From the NCBI GenBank assembly GCA_973895155.1, contig OZ316893.1, positions 8,929,839-8,993,838 of the forward strand: a stretch of DNA of 64,000 nt, in the 5' to 3' direction. Below are positions 61,865-64,000 of the stretch, in pieces. Source of the DNA: Marsupella aquatica (taxonomy: Eukaryota; Plantae; Marchantiophyta). Positions within the stretch are counted from its first letter, which is position 1. Each line of letters opens with the position of its first letter. A program made the translations under genes and the position numbers. Below the pieces are notes generated by a model. That model had not been told where the DNA came from. It made no database searches and worked only from the letters and a program-made list of their open reading frames with translations.

Positions 61865-64000
61865 GAACTCGAGTCTTGTCTAACCCTGTTTCTCTTCTTC
61901 TACCTCCCGAACCCCAACCTTCAGTACACCCTTGAAAAAACGACTAGACCAGATCCAAGAAGTCCTTCTATGACACAATTGGTAAAAGTTGACGATCTTT
62001 CGTCCAAATTCGCCTTCAGATCCTGCTGAACTCCCCTTTCAAACTTTCCCAAGTACCTTCACTAAAACCTCCGGATGTCTTCGTGAGTTACCCTCGCCCG
62101 CAGTGGCGCAATCCGCTTCAGATCCCTCCTTAAATCTTCTCTCCCTGACCTGAAATTAAGGAAAGCGCACGATAAGATGACGGCCCGTCTATCAATTCAG
62201 TTCACAGCTCTTGAAATATCTGTCTGACTCCCGATCAACAGTGACGAGAGACTATATATGAACCTCCCAGACTTTCTTCTTTCGTTTGTTTCTCTATGCT
62301 ATGCCTCGACGACTTGACAACACTCAAACGTGTGCAGACACCAGTGAGGAAGAACTCGACAGGTCCTTCCGGGGGTTTCCACTGCTCGCCCCCTCCCCTT
62401 CTCCCACTCGACCTCAGACCGTCAACGGTTCAAAGTGGACCATGTGCATACACGCTTGCCTACTCACTTTACACTAGAGACAGCAAGGCAGACAGGATGG
62501 AGAGCTAGCTATTTTCATCCTAAATTAGCCAAACAAATGTCCAGCTCATTTCCTCTCGCGTTCGAAGCCAGCAAAATTCACCCCATTTCTCCCACACTTT
62601 CTGACCATGCTCTCGATTCTTAAGCAACCGTCAAAATTAATCTCTAGTCCAAAAGCGAGCCCCTCCTCTCACGCAACCACTGTTGTGGCCTACGATTACG
62701 AAGGGAGCAACTTCATCCAAAGTTCCGCAGTCTTACCATCCGCCACCCTGATGGGGATGGATGATTCCTAAGATTCGAGAGGGAAGAGAAAATTTCTTGA
62801 CAGCTCTTGAGTGTTTGCCGAGAGGAACAGGTGCACAGAACTAGCGACGAATTTGGGTGCGGGCCTCTCAGTCATACTTCCTCTTACGCAAGCACGTGAC
62901 GAAGAACAATCTCAAGAAGCAGAGAGTGAATGCGATTTCTGATTGACAATGCGACCGGCACGACCAATGTCGGAAACGGCCCACAATTCCATGCTCAGTT
63001 CTTACCTGGAAGGCGGGGAAAATGGTCAAGTCTGGTCTGCCTGGTCTGCCTGGTCTGCCTGCCGAATAAAAACAAAGTTTGAGATCCAAAAAATCGAGCC
63101 TTGTTCTCTAACACTACCTCAATGCAGGCATTTGGCTGCTCTGCTCCACACTTCCCGAGCAAATCAGGTCTGTGAAGTGCGATCCGCGAGCAAGAGTACA
63201 AACGAGGGACCGAATGGATGATTATTGATGCCCGGGGACGACAGGGCAAAGGAAAGTTGACAGCTATGACGTATGGCGCTTCTCCCTTTCTCTCAGTCCC
63301 ACAATGTCAATGTAAAGATAGAAAATTTGCTTTGGGCAGAACTTACACCTTAGAATATTATATTTCCGAAGAACCCAGGGATCCTCATAGACGAACCTAT
63401 AAGGAGTACCGGTAGCAGCAGCTGCCCAAGTGCGCAGTGACGCACACGGGGGGGCCACTAACTTCTTTACTAGGGAGACAGTGGAGCTGCTACAAAATAG
63501 AATGTAAGGGAGATTCTTCAACAAACCTGACAACAACACCTTCGGATGAAAATTTCCTTACGGGTAGTGAGTAGCCTCTTGCCCAAAGTTCCGTCTCTCT
63601 CTGTCTCTCTCTCCCACTCTCCCTCAGTCCCTCTCCAAAGATCCCAAAAGTCAGAACTCCGGACGTCAGGACCTCTCTCGGATCTATCCAAAATTCCTCA
63701 ATTCAGTTCAGGGCAGCTCACTGAGGAGGCGAATTGGGGCACAAATTTACAGTACGGTACACCCTATCCTTCTTATTCTTCTTATTCTACTTCTTCTTAC
63801 CTGACCGTCTAGATGATAAGTGACATCCAGAAGCTTCTGCACTCCTCCGGTTCAGCAGAGCTCCCACGCAAGCAGCAAGGCAATGACGTACGACGAGCCA
63901 GGGAACAAGGAAGGGTACAATTCATCACTGCTCCATGACAACGTGACTGAATTGCTGTGAAACGGGAGGGAAAAGTCATCCACGACTCAACTCAACCAGG

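Overview
Eukaryotic land-plant genomic DNA. A non-seed plant such as a bryophyte is likely, but this is inferred only from gene content and TE types. The left ~16 kb is genic: an intronless core alpha-1,3-fucosyltransferase, an intronless microbial-type maltose O-acetyltransferase plus a partial duplicate, an intronless fungal-type AAA+ ATPase, and a 4-exon STP hexose transporter. The right end holds a 4-exon penta-EF-hand gene. Between them lies a ~40 kb nest of transposons. Its centrepiece is a giant hAT-type DNA transposon (23497-45178; 10-bp TIRs CCCGGTTTAA, perfect 8-bp TSD TTCCCAAG; ~12.5 kb without later insertions). This element carries a BED/DUF659-type transposase on + and, convergently on -, a protein kinase and a coiled-coil/RING-H2 protein, all now pseudogenised. 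Both of its putative 5' leaders contain three copies of a covarying structured RNA-like hairpin motif. The same motif occurs twice in each LTR of an unrelated Ty3/gypsy element (29377-38241) inserted inside it. That retroelement has a -1 frameshift signal after the protease. Several 8-bp-TSD MITEs, a Tourist-like MITE, two solo LTRs and Helitron-like ends complete the nest. All calls are by eye; no database searches were run.
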